DNA of 64,000 bases from a virus. The DNA is taken from positions 32,001-96,000 of IMG/VR virus record IMGVR_UViG_3300028392_000030; one strand, given 5' to 3'. The position numbers were made by a program, and so were the translations under genes. The number at the start of each line of letters is the position of its first letter. Positions within the stretch are counted from its first letter, which is position 1. Positions 54,560-63,585 of this stretch are shown here, piece after piece. The notes beneath the pieces are model-generated. The model had not been told where the DNA came from and ran no database searches. It worked only from the letters and a program-made list of their open reading frames with translations.

Positions 54560-56318
54560 CCAACCAGGCCCAGTCGTAGCTCTTTTTAAGCTCGGCAAAA
54601 TCTCCACCAACCGCATCATAATACTCAAGAGCATCTTGGGCACCTATACTGCTCCACTGAGCATTGGCTCCTTCACCATTGGTGCACCAACGATTGAGTC
54701 TATATTGACTTTCAACGTCATCGCTACTTTTTAACTTTAACACTTCACGGAACGCCGTGCGCCACGCCATCCATGGTGTATCGGCGTATTCAGCTGTGCC
54801 GCTTAATACAGGAACTACTTCATGGGCGCTATCCAATGTAAAGTCTAGACCTACACCAGTATTGCTCAATACCAATTCTCGATTATAAGCAATCATTGCC
54901 TGGTGACCGTATGTCAGACCATTGGTAGGATTAAATGCGTGGAATATATAATGCTTGGGCTCCTGTAGTCGGTCTGGTTGCCATGCCCAATCAAACGTTG
55001 GATTTACTCGTAATTTAGCAAACACAGCAAAGAACCAAGGTGTTTGACTTAATTCTGCGGCTGCTTGGTATGCAGCAACACGACCGTTGACGCCGCTACT
55101 GCGATGCACCCTGTTTAGTAAATTGTAGGTCTCACTGTTAAGGTGTGTAAAGTTAACCTCGGCTCGTGGTTCTCCGTTGTCGATAAACACAATATCTAAA
55201 GGCTCGTCTGTTGACATATGACGCTGTGTGCGATCTATGTAGGGATAATCGTAAGCCTGCGTCTTTATATATGGAACTGCTGTCTTGGGCACAACGACTC
55301 GGCTGGCACCGGCGCTTAAAGGCACAATGGTCTTGGTCTTTTCTCGCCATAGCGGAACTGTAGGTATCTCCCCTACGCTATCGTCTGTGCTGAACACTGC
55401 CAGTGGACCTGGCCAGTCCATAGTTTTAATTGCCGCCACATGAGTATCATATGTATGTTGTATAACGGGCAAGGGTCTGCGTGGCACACCAGGACCAACA
55501 AAGTTTACATCATACCAATCCAACAGTTCAAATTGTCCTATACGACGTTTAAAGCTGGGCACATGCATATAGAATGTATCACCAAACTTTTCTCCAGAAC
55601 TGGCAAATACATGTAACATGGTATTTTGCCATAGCTCTGGATGCCAGCTAAAATCAAACGTGGTATAATCACAACAGCTACTTACAATCCAAATATACTC
55701 GTGTTCCGAAGTATTGGCAATTCTAGTTAGGATATCTTTGTAGTTGTCAAAGTAACGCACAGTGGCAACAACACCTGGCACTTGGCCAGCATTGCCATCC
55801 ATATGGTTAATTTCAACTATGGGCGTTGCGTTTGATTTAGCACTGCCCTTGACTTGATCGCAAAATTTTAAATCTGTTGCTCCAGGTAAAATATACTGTG
55901 GGCCACCGGTACGTTGATGCTGTGTGCCAAATTGGTATATGTAACCGGGTTCAGTAGGGTCCGGGTGCCACGACCAATCAAAACTGCCGGTATCAAAGTT
56001 GTCAGGAACTTTCCACGAATATAAATCCGGCAGTCGTTTTAGTATCGAGTCTTTTCTGTAGTTAGTTTCTGTATAGCCCGATTTAGGAACTAGATATGTT
56101 TCTGCATCCTTTTGCCACTGACTAGGCCATGCATGACGTTGGTGCGATTCCCAGGGCACAGGCTCATATAAAAAATCAAACTCTGTATAGTCAGTTAAAT
56201 AGTTGGTCCACCAAAAATACCTAGTACGACTCAACTCCCTAGCATGATCAATACTATCAGCCTGTTGCTCATGAGCAAATCGATTTGGTTTTGTTCCAGA
56301 ATAAAATACGTCAAACAT
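54516..56318 (-). CDS. Multidomain glycosyltransferase-like protein with repeated FD.SW[HQ]P modules
   Basis: Three FDW/FSW.P motifs; C-terminal DIVFIDNGE GT-A-like domain. Confidence 0.6.
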   Translation of the reverse strand: MFDVFYSGTKPNRFAHEQQADSIDHARELSRTRYFWWTNYLTDYTEFDFLYEPVPWESHQRHAWPSQWQKDAETYLVPKSGYTETNYRKDSILKRLPDLYSWKVPDNFDTGSFDWSWHPDPTEPGYIYQFGTQHQRTGGPQYILPGATDLKFCDQVKGSAKSNATPIVEINHMDGNAGQVPGVVATVRYFDNYKDILTRIANTSEHEYIWIVSSCCDYTTFDFSWHPELWQNTMLHVFASSGEKFGDTFYMHVPSFKRRIGQFELLDWYDVNFVGPGVPRRPLPVIQHTYDTHVAAIKTMDWPGPLAVFSTDDSVGEIPTVPLWREKTKTIVPLSAGASRVVVPKTAVPYIKTQAYDYPYIDRTQRHMSTDEPLDIVFIDNGEPRAEVNFTHLNSETYNLLNRVHRSSGVNGRVAAYQAAAELSQTPWFFAVFAKLRVNPTFDWAWQPDRLQEPKHYIFHAFNPTNGLTYGHQAMIAYNRELVLSNTGVGLDFTLDSAHEVVPVLSGTAEYADTPWMAWRTAFREVLKLKSSDDVESQYRLNRWCTNGEGANAQWSSIGAQDALEYYDAVGGDFAELKKSYDWAWLASYALLKRNLTQHQ

Positions 56319-57435
56319 GATTAGAATAGATGAAATTTACAACCATACATTTTGGCCTTGGTTTAGAGACAACCGGCCCGGAACCAGACTGTTCTTTTGT
56401 GATCCACCTGGCAATACCAGCCCAGACGCTTTATTTAACTTGGGCACAGACAGCATAGTAGAAAACGACTATGTGTTTATGCATGATCAAGAACCGATAC
56501 ATTTGGATACGTTTGAGTCATTATTCAATGAGGTAATGAGGAGAAATACCGATGTTTGGTGGCCAAATAAACCAACTCCTTTTGGGCACATTGTAGTAAG
56601 CGAACGCGGCGAGTATGTGGAAGAACTTTGTAAAAAATATGAGTGGACTCCGCATTATTATTTCTATCACGGGTGGGCATGTTTGGATTGGTTTCGCGGG
56701 TATGACCGAACATTTTTAATTGCCAGAGCACGTGATCGTCGGCCTACTAGAACTTTCATGAGTCCCAATCGTATTGTGGCAGGCAAGCGTGATCATCGTG
56801 TGTTGTTTTTATACAATGTCTTTAAACAAGGACTAGGAAACAATCATATTAGCGCACCCAGGATATGCCAATACGAACGTGTGGATATATCTAGTATAGC
56901 ACAAAAATATAAGAATGTATACCAGGACATTGCCGATGTGTTTGATCGTGCAGAACTTCCTAGACTATTTGCCGGAGAAGCTCAACAGGAAATGCACAGT
57001 TATCAATTGGGTAATTTTGTTGAGGCTCAAGATAGTTTAGTATATGTGCCAACCGAAACTGTTTACTTTGGGCGTAGGACTCATTTGACTGAAAAGACAT
57101 TCAAGGCCATAGCGTTGGAAATGCCGTTTGTGTTGGTAGCTCCGGCAGAGAGTTTGAGTTATCTTAGAGAATATGGCTTTCGAACATTTGCAGATGTATT
57201 TGATGAAAGCTATGACATCGAAACTGATGATATTCGCCGCATTGAAAAAGTTACACAGTTACTAAAAGACTTAAATAATTTGTCTCTGGCAGAAAGACAA
57301 CGAATACATCAGGCCTGTTTGCCCATAGTTGAGCATAATTATAATCATTTTTATTCAGGTGCATTTGCTAATCGATTATGGACGGAATTAAATCAAATGT
57401 TAACAAAATTTACCATACAAAAAGGACCACAATGA
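56317..57435 (+). CDS. Glycosyltransferase-like protein (TEKT.K family)
   Basis: HDQEP, PTETVY, LTEKTFKAI, GFRTF..VFDESYD. Confidence 0.65.
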   Translation: MIRIDEIYNHTFWPWFRDNRPGTRLFFCDPPGNTSPDALFNLGTDSIVENDYVFMHDQEPIHLDTFESLFNEVMRRNTDVWWPNKPTPFGHIVVSERGEYVEELCKKYEWTPHYYFYHGWACLDWFRGYDRTFLIARARDRRPTRTFMSPNRIVAGKRDHRVLFLYNVFKQGLGNNHISAPRICQYERVDISSIAQKYKNVYQDIADVFDRAELPRLFAGEAQQEMHSYQLGNFVEAQDSLVYVPTETVYFGRRTHLTEKTFKAIALEMPFVLVAPAESLSYLREYGFRTFADVFDESYDIETDDIRRIEKVTQLLKDLNNLSLAERQRIHQACLPIVEHNYNHFYSGAFANRLWTELNQMLTKFTIQKGPQ

Positions 57436-58451
57436 TCAGCAGTTATACCAGTTGGCAACCACTTGAAGAAGTCATAGTAGGACGAGCCTATACTCCAGAC
57501 TATTTTGATTTTATTGACAACGCACAAGTGCGTAATCAGTTACAACAAATATTAGCCGAGACTGATGAAGATCTTAACAACCTCCAACGCACTATAGAAC
57601 AATACGGTGCAAAGGTCCTTAGACCTACACTGATGTCCAAACAAAATTTTGAACGCCTACAGATTACCGACGACGGTGCACCGTTGCCGCCGCTGACTCC
57701 AAGAGATTGGCAAATTAGTTTAGGACAAAAATTATTGCGTGTCCTTGAAATGCAGGAACTAGACGAAATTTGCGACAAATACTCAGACCAAGTTGTTAAC
57801 CCGCACAAAAACAATTATGATTCAGACTGTATCTTAAACGGCGCCAGTGCCAGTTGTATTGTGCGTGTAGGACGTGATGTGTTCTTTGACAACAGTGATT
57901 ACTTGCGACCCGAGCAAACACGCTGGATCGTAGATAACGTATTAGGACCAGACTATCGCATACACGAAGCTGTGACAGATGGTCACGGTGATGCTGTATT
58001 TGCTATCCTTAAGCCCGGAGTTATATTAAGCAGCAAACACGACATGCATTTACACTTAGCCGAGGACTTTCCGGGTTGGGAAGTTTGTAAAGTTTGGGAT
58101 TCAAGCATCTGGGCTGCAATGGAAGTGGGCAAATTTAAATACACTGCCAATCCTGGCGCTTGGTATGTTCAGGGACAAACTCCTACAGCAGAGTTTACCA
58201 GTTTTGTAGATACCTACTTGAACAAATGGACAGGGTTTGTAGCCGAAACAGTGTTTGATGTCAACTGTTTGGTACTGGATGAAGAAAATGTTATCTTCAG
58301 TGCGTATAATAAACCCGTGTTTGATTTTTGTAAAAAGCACCGAATCAATCCTATCATAAGTGAACTACGACACAGTTACTTTTGGGATGGTGGTATCAGT
58401 TGTTGCACACAAGACCTGCGACGCAGAGGCGGATTAGAAACTTATCTATGA
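57432..58451 (+). CDS. Amidinotransferase 3
   Basis: PLTPRD, GHGDAVF, FDVNCLVLD, RHSYFWDGGISCCT. Confidence 0.85.
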   Translation: MISSYTSWQPLEEVIVGRAYTPDYFDFIDNAQVRNQLQQILAETDEDLNNLQRTIEQYGAKVLRPTLMSKQNFERLQITDDGAPLPPLTPRDWQISLGQKLLRVLEMQELDEICDKYSDQVVNPHKNNYDSDCILNGASASCIVRVGRDVFFDNSDYLRPEQTRWIVDNVLGPDYRIHEAVTDGHGDAVFAILKPGVILSSKHDMHLHLAEDFPGWEVCKVWDSSIWAAMEVGKFKYTANPGAWYVQGQTPTAEFTSFVDTYLNKWTGFVAETVFDVNCLVLDEENVIFSAYNKPVFDFCKKHRINPIISELRHSYFWDGGISCCTQDLRRRGGLETYL

Positions 58452-59695
58452 CCGTCGACAAGTTATATGCGACATATGGAGAAAAGATGTGTCTTGCTCC
58501 ATTTGTCAATAGCTTTTATTCTACCTGCGGAGTAGTCGATCCAGACCAAACTGTTGCAAACTTTGTGCGTCCTTGTAGTGTTATACAGGCTGGTCCTGAA
58601 TGGAACGTTCAAGATTCGAACATTACTGCGACAAGAAATACTCGGGTTTGGAAAGACCTACGTCAATCTTTTTTAGATGGCCGTATGCCTATGTCATGTG
58701 GCACATGTATCAACGCAGAACGAGTAGGAGCAAGTAGTCCCAGACAACTCAATAACGCATATCTGTTTGAGCATTTAGATATAGATATACTGGAAGAAGT
58801 TCAACGTATAGTTGACGCAGAGTTAACGGCCAACAGCATATATGCATTGGACTACATGCCCAGTAACTACTGTAATTATGCTTGTGTGATGTGTTATTCA
58901 GGCGCCAGTAGTCAACGATATACATTTGACCTTCAACAAGGAAGAAAAATAAAGTATGAAATCAACTCAGTTGATCATGACTTTTTTGATATAATTAAAG
59001 ACGTAAAGATCCTGGGCTTTACCGGCGGTGAAACTATCCTACAGCCCGAAGTCAATCGCTTAATTGATTATGTAATTGAACACGATTTAGCCAAGGACAT
59101 GATTATAACTATCTTAACTAATGCAAGTGACTTTCCTGACCGATTAGTTGAAAAGTTCAAACAGTTTAAACGAGTATTGTATACCGTAAGTATTGATGGT
59201 GTAGGTGCAGTGATAGAATATCAACGCCGCGGAGCACGATGGGACTCTATTGTAGAGAATGTAGCAAAGATACAAGCAAGTCCTGTCCACGAGGTAGTTA
59301 ATCATGTGGTCACTGCTGTTAATATACTCGGTGCCATGGACTTTGTTGATTGGTGCTATAGCAACAATTTAAAGTATACCAGTATCAGTCATGTGTTCCA
59401 AGAACATTTGGGCATCTGTGCCTTGCCACCTGAATTAAAAGCTGTGGCATTAGAAAGATTACATGCCGGCAGGAAACGGTACGAGCATTGGGCAATGCCG
59501 GAATATAGTAATCATGAAAAGGGCCATTATGTGCAGACTATAGATAGACTGATTAGCACTGTAGAAAGCATTGAGTTTAAACCTGCGGCATTAGCAAAGT
59601 TTATCGAGCATATTCGAACAGAAGACTCAGTCAGTAAACGACCACTTTGCAAAGTGGTTCCGGAATGGGCACCTTGGTTTAACTACAAACTTTAA
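58448..59695 (+). CDS. Radical SAM protein
   Basis: NYCNYACVMC, FTGGET, SIDG. Confidence 0.85.
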   Translation: MTVDKLYATYGEKMCLAPFVNSFYSTCGVVDPDQTVANFVRPCSVIQAGPEWNVQDSNITATRNTRVWKDLRQSFLDGRMPMSCGTCINAERVGASSPRQLNNAYLFEHLDIDILEEVQRIVDAELTANSIYALDYMPSNYCNYACVMCYSGASSQRYTFDLQQGRKIKYEINSVDHDFFDIIKDVKILGFTGGETILQPEVNRLIDYVIEHDLAKDMIITILTNASDFPDRLVEKFKQFKRVLYTVSIDGVGAVIEYQRRGARWDSIVENVAKIQASPVHEVVNHVVTAVNILGAMDFVDWCYSNNLKYTSISHVFQEHLGICALPPELKAVALERLHAGRKRYEHWAMPEYSNHEKGHYVQTIDRLISTVESIEFKPAALAKFIEHIRTEDSVSKRPLCKVVPEWAPWFNYKL

Positions 59696-61157
59696 CGCCA
59701 TATAACTGTTCAAAACGATCAGCATCTGCTCTATCATTGACCATGGGCTCACCACGTATGTTCAAACTGGTGTTGAGCAACATAGGGCACCCTGTTAACA
59801 CATACCATTTTTCTAACAATTCTCTTATGCCCGAACCGTCTTTCGCCACAGTTTGCACTCGACTGGTGCCATCAACATGACATATAGCAGGAGTAAGGTC
59901 AGGCTGGCGACACTTAGCGACTGACTGCATATAAGGACTATGATGCCAACCCACTGGCATATCAAAATAGTCATTAGCCACCTCAGCCAATATGACCGGG
60001 GCAAACGGCCTAAACTGTTGTCTACGTTTGATCGCATTCACTTTCTCCTTGATCTCGCAGCCTCTAGGGTCTGCAAGGAGGCTACGGTTTCCAAGTGCGC
60101 GGGGGCCGAACTCGGCTCTTCCTGATGCCACTCCGACAATTTTGTCACTAAGAAGCCGGTCCAACAACTCATTAACAGGATAAACACCTGGAATGCAATG
60201 GCCGAGATAACTGTTGTGCCAGTTAATTCTACGCCCAAAAGCCAAAGCGGCAGCACCGAGACTGCTACCAGCGTCACCGGGGCAAGGCATAATCCAGATT
60301 TTGTCAAAGTAATCTCCTAACATACGGTTGGCTGTGCAATTTAAAGCCACCCCACCCATATATACCAGATTATGACTAAATTCAAAGTTTCTAGCACGAA
60401 TCATCACCTGCTTTATAAGATCCTCTGCTACTAATTGTCCAGCAGCTGCAATGTTTTCATTACTAGAACCCTTTAGAAAATCTGCACTCATACCTGTGTG
60501 GAAGTTTTGCTTTAGTCTTATATCACGATCGTTGGCAATCACATGCTTGCGCATGTCGTGATACCATGTGTTGCGACCCCAAGCAGCCATGCCCATGGTA
60601 ATGTATTCTTCGTCTAAGGGATGTAGGCCAACTCGTTCTGTGACAGCACTGTAGAACAACCCTATGCTGTGCGGATAAACCTGTCTCCATAATCTTTTAT
60701 ACCGAGCCACGCCTTTTCGATCATATTCTGCACCCCATATTGATATTGTGTCCCATTCGCCTATTGCATCTATTACTACCACTGTGGCATGATCAAACGG
60801 GCTTGTTTGAAAGCCTGCGGCAGCGTGGCTCAAATGATGATTAAAACTATGCACCTTTGTGGGTTCAATCTGTCCTCCCAGTTGCTTGTGCAGTATTTGC
60901 CGGGTAGTAAGTTTTGACCATTCAATGCCTTGACCTGCGTACCATTGTCTAAATTGTTTGTTCCAAGGACGTTCATAATAGGCCACAATCTCAGGACCAT
61001 ACTCTGCAACTTCGTCTAGCAAACCCTGACAAAAGTCAGCGTCATTTTTCCGTTTACTATAACGTTCTGAATGGCCGGCGAACAATATCTCGCCGCGAGG
61101 ATCGATCACTGTGGCCGCGGCGTCATGAAAGCCGGCACTAATACCTAGGATATTCAT
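59679..61157 (-). CDS. Carbamoyltransferase (NodU/CmcH family)
   Basis: FHDAAA, HHLSHAA, GGVALNC, EFGPRALGNRS, FRPFAP, HVDGTSRVQ, LNTSLN. Confidence 0.95.
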   Translation of the reverse strand: MNILGISAGFHDAAATVIDPRGEILFAGHSERYSKRKNDADFCQGLLDEVAEYGPEIVAYYERPWNKQFRQWYAGQGIEWSKLTTRQILHKQLGGQIEPTKVHSFNHHLSHAAAGFQTSPFDHATVVVIDAIGEWDTISIWGAEYDRKGVARYKRLWRQVYPHSIGLFYSAVTERVGLHPLDEEYITMGMAAWGRNTWYHDMRKHVIANDRDIRLKQNFHTGMSADFLKGSSNENIAAAGQLVAEDLIKQVMIRARNFEFSHNLVYMGGVALNCTANRMLGDYFDKIWIMPCPGDAGSSLGAAALAFGRRINWHNSYLGHCIPGVYPVNELLDRLLSDKIVGVASGRAEFGPRALGNRSLLADPRGCEIKEKVNAIKRRQQFRPFAPVILAEVANDYFDMPVGWHHSPYMQSVAKCRQPDLTPAICHVDGTSRVQTVAKDGSGIRELLEKWYVLTGCPMLLNTSLNIRGEPMVNDRADADRFEQLYGVKVCS

Positions 61158-61255
61158 TTGTAGATAAATGGATCTCGTTTACGTAGTTCTTTTAGCTTTT
61201 TACGATAGCGTATTTCTAGACGAATTCGATTGTATAAGTTTTTGATCCAGTTCAT
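61154..61255 (-). CDS. 33-aa basic peptide
   Basis: Hand translation MNWIKNLYNRIRLEIRYRKKLKELRKRDPFIYK; stop overlaps the carbamoyltransferase start. Confidence 0.6.
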   Translation of the reverse strand: MNWIKNLYNRIRLEIRYRKKLKELRKRDPFIYK

Positions 61256-61256
61256 G

Positions 61257-62309
61257 TCAGTTTCCTTGTTGTAATACTGCTATTTGTTGCGCCATATAGT
61301 CTGAATCGTTCCAACGATATGGATATGTAACTTCTGCATCGCTGGTGCGAATTGCTGTTACATTGAGTCGTGTATTTAACTGGGTCCATATGTCATGATA
61401 ATCTTCTGTGCCAAAACTTTTGAGCAATTTAACTTGACCTACTTGTGGATGTCCAATAGTAAGAGACTTGTCCTCTGGATCAAACCCATTGTTGATTAAC
61501 CAAGTTCTAAAATTGGTCAAGTTACGAGTTTGCCACGGCGCACCAGCTGGATTTTGCGCCCATTCTATATCAAAGTCCCCAGCAGCTTCTGTTTGTGGTT
61601 TTAAGGTTGATGTAGTCAATGAGTCTGTGCGATGCTCAGGGTTGTAATGAGCTTCGTCGACAAATACTTCCCAATGATGTTTGCCCACTGCTTTGTTGAC
61701 TCCTACAAATACCCCGCCGGTTGGTCGGTTGATACTTTCTATGCCAAACAGTTCATAATCATCGTCGTCTAACACAAAGCGTGGACTGTTTAACCAGCAC
61801 ATGAGTTGACTAGGTCGCATCCATTCTGGTGCGGTGTGTTTTTTATTCCAACTCTGGGCCCAACTTTCAAACTCATGACACAGTCCATTTAGTTGCCTGA
61901 TATGCCAGCGTGTTTCACTGTTGGCCTTTGTATAAAATGGGCTCATTTTTCCGCTGACGCCTTGAAGGTCTTCGAAATAACTGTGTAGTCGATTAAAACG
62001 GTCGTGAACAATTTTGCGATTATTATCTAACACTGAGTCTAGTGTAAAGTGATCATCAATTTGATATCCTATGTTTTCAGCATTAATAGCCAAAATACTG
62101 GCATTAATTTGATCTATTAAATAATTACCGTTACGAACACTGTCAGCAAACCCAAAAAAACAGTAGTTCTTTTCCAAGTGATAGTTGTTGGCAACAAGCG
62201 TGTTTAGGCTGGCCAACCATTTGCGACTTAAACTGGAGTCGTATACATCTACGTATACCGTTAGATCTTCTAGGTCTATTTCTACTACATCAAGTAACAA
62301 TCGATTCAT
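61257..62309 (-). CDS. Hypothetical protein (homologous to 22524..23501)
   Basis: Shared motifs; start moved to MNRLLLD. Confidence 0.7.
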   Translation of the reverse strand: MNRLLLDVVEIDLEDLTVYVDVYDSSLSRKWLASLNTLVANNYHLEKNYCFFGFADSVRNGNYLIDQINASILAINAENIGYQIDDHFTLDSVLDNNRKIVHDRFNRLHSYFEDLQGVSGKMSPFYTKANSETRWHIRQLNGLCHEFESWAQSWNKKHTAPEWMRPSQLMCWLNSPRFVLDDDDYELFGIESINRPTGGVFVGVNKAVGKHHWEVFVDEAHYNPEHRTDSLTTSTLKPQTEAAGDFDIEWAQNPAGAPWQTRNLTNFRTWLINNGFDPEDKSLTIGHPQVGQVKLLKSFGTEDYHDIWTQLNTRLNVTAIRTSDAEVTYPYRWNDSDYMAQQIAVLQQGN

Positions 62310-63585
62310 ACCATTCCAATAGTTCGTTGTCTGCACTCAGTATGTCTTTGAGAGTATAAGTATCACCACGCACCTGTTCTAGTCGCAACACACGTTCTTT
62401 TCCTTTGACTAACCCCGCCGGATATTCCTCAGGCCACTGTTCTGCAAACGTCGGACGATTCTTTAACTGTAACAGTATATCTCTGAGCGCACCTGTATTT
62501 AAGTTGGCTACCAGAGCATCGACCTTTTTATCTAGCAATTGTCTAGGCAGGGCCAACGGACTCATTATAATGTCCGGAGTAAACCCAAATACAACTTTGG
62601 CCAATACGTCTACACCAAGCTCGTGAGCCAATGCTTGTATGTTGGCCACTTCAAATAGTCCAGGCAACGTAAGTGTAAAGTCTATACGCATTTGTCTACG
62701 ATTGGTGGCAACAGCTACACCTTGACGGAAATTCTCTTGCCATTGTTGGTAGTTGAGCCCAGTTCGAATATACTCGCCTACAGCGCCTGTGCCATCCAGA
62801 CTGGCACAAACTTGCCAGTCCCGCAAATGCGCCAAGATGTCACGATAAAGATTAACACCTCGATAATCAACCCTGCTGAGATTAGTATTGTATCTTGCAT
62901 AGACACGCCGACCATCACCTTGATCTACTATTTGTTTCATGTAGCGCCAATGCTGTTCAAACATTAGCGGCTCTCCACCTACCCAGTATATTTCTTCTAC
63001 GCGATGTTCTGCCACTGCTTGGGCAAATTCTGCTTCAATTTGTGTGTCTTGGAACTGACTTATTTCTTCTCGGACTGCAGGTCGCATCCAGTTGTTTTTG
63101 GGATTAGCCCAGTTGATCATGTTGTTGGCACGTTGCTCTGATTCCCAACTACTACTCAGCATATCCCCGCAGGTGCGACATTTAAAGTTACATAAATTAC
63201 TAAAGCGATAATCCCAACTAACTGGCTTGACAGTAGTTGAGCCATCTGCTGCAGTATTTGCCATTGCATCCGCATACTTGTGTGCAAATAGTCGATTAAA
63301 GTAACTACGGTAAACATCTGTGTTCAACAGCTTGTTGTTACATACGTCACATTCTGGTAATGTTTCTCCAGCCATCATTCTACGTCGAACACTTTTCATG
63401 TGTTCACTGTTCCAATGTTGGTCCAGCGAAACTGGATTATACTTACCAGTTCCGGAACTGGTATCTATATACTGTTCAAAACTTTGTGCAGGCTCACGGC
63501 TAGCACAGCACATTCTACGCTCGGTCTGTGGGGAGAGATAGGTATGCGTCCATGGCGCCATGCATAGGTTATCTGGTTTCTGCAT
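62290..63585 (-). CDS. Radical SAM protein with N-terminal SPASM/twitch-like Cys motifs
   Basis: CMAPW, MCC, NLCNFKCRTC, GGEP, SLDG. Confidence 0.88.
   Translation of the reverse strand: MQKPDNLCMAPWTHTYLSPQTERRMCCASREPAQSFEQYIDTSSGTGKYNPVSLDQHWNSEHMKSVRRRMMAGETLPECDVCNNKLLNTDVYRSYFNRLFAHKYADAMANTAADGSTTVKPVSWDYRFSNLCNFKCRTCGDMLSSSWESEQRANNMINWANPKNNWMRPAVREEISQFQDTQIEAEFAQAVAEHRVEEIYWVGGEPLMFEQHWRYMKQIVDQGDGRRVYARYNTNLSRVDYRGVNLYRDILAHLRDWQVCASLDGTGAVGEYIRTGLNYQQWQENFRQGVAVATNRRQMRIDFTLTLPGLFEVANIQALAHELGVDVLAKVVFGFTPDIIMSPLALPRQLLDKKVDALVANLNTGALRDILLQLKNRPTFAEQWPEEYPAGLVKGKERVLRLEQVRGDTYTLKDILSADNELLEWYESIVT

Noticed and set aside
229-63541. Numerous 60-220 aa ORFs antisense or out of frame within long genes (for example 34542..35213, 42029..42496, 29644..30141)
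   Set aside because: Fully nested in motif-supported genes, with no SD or promoter and no recognisable motifs
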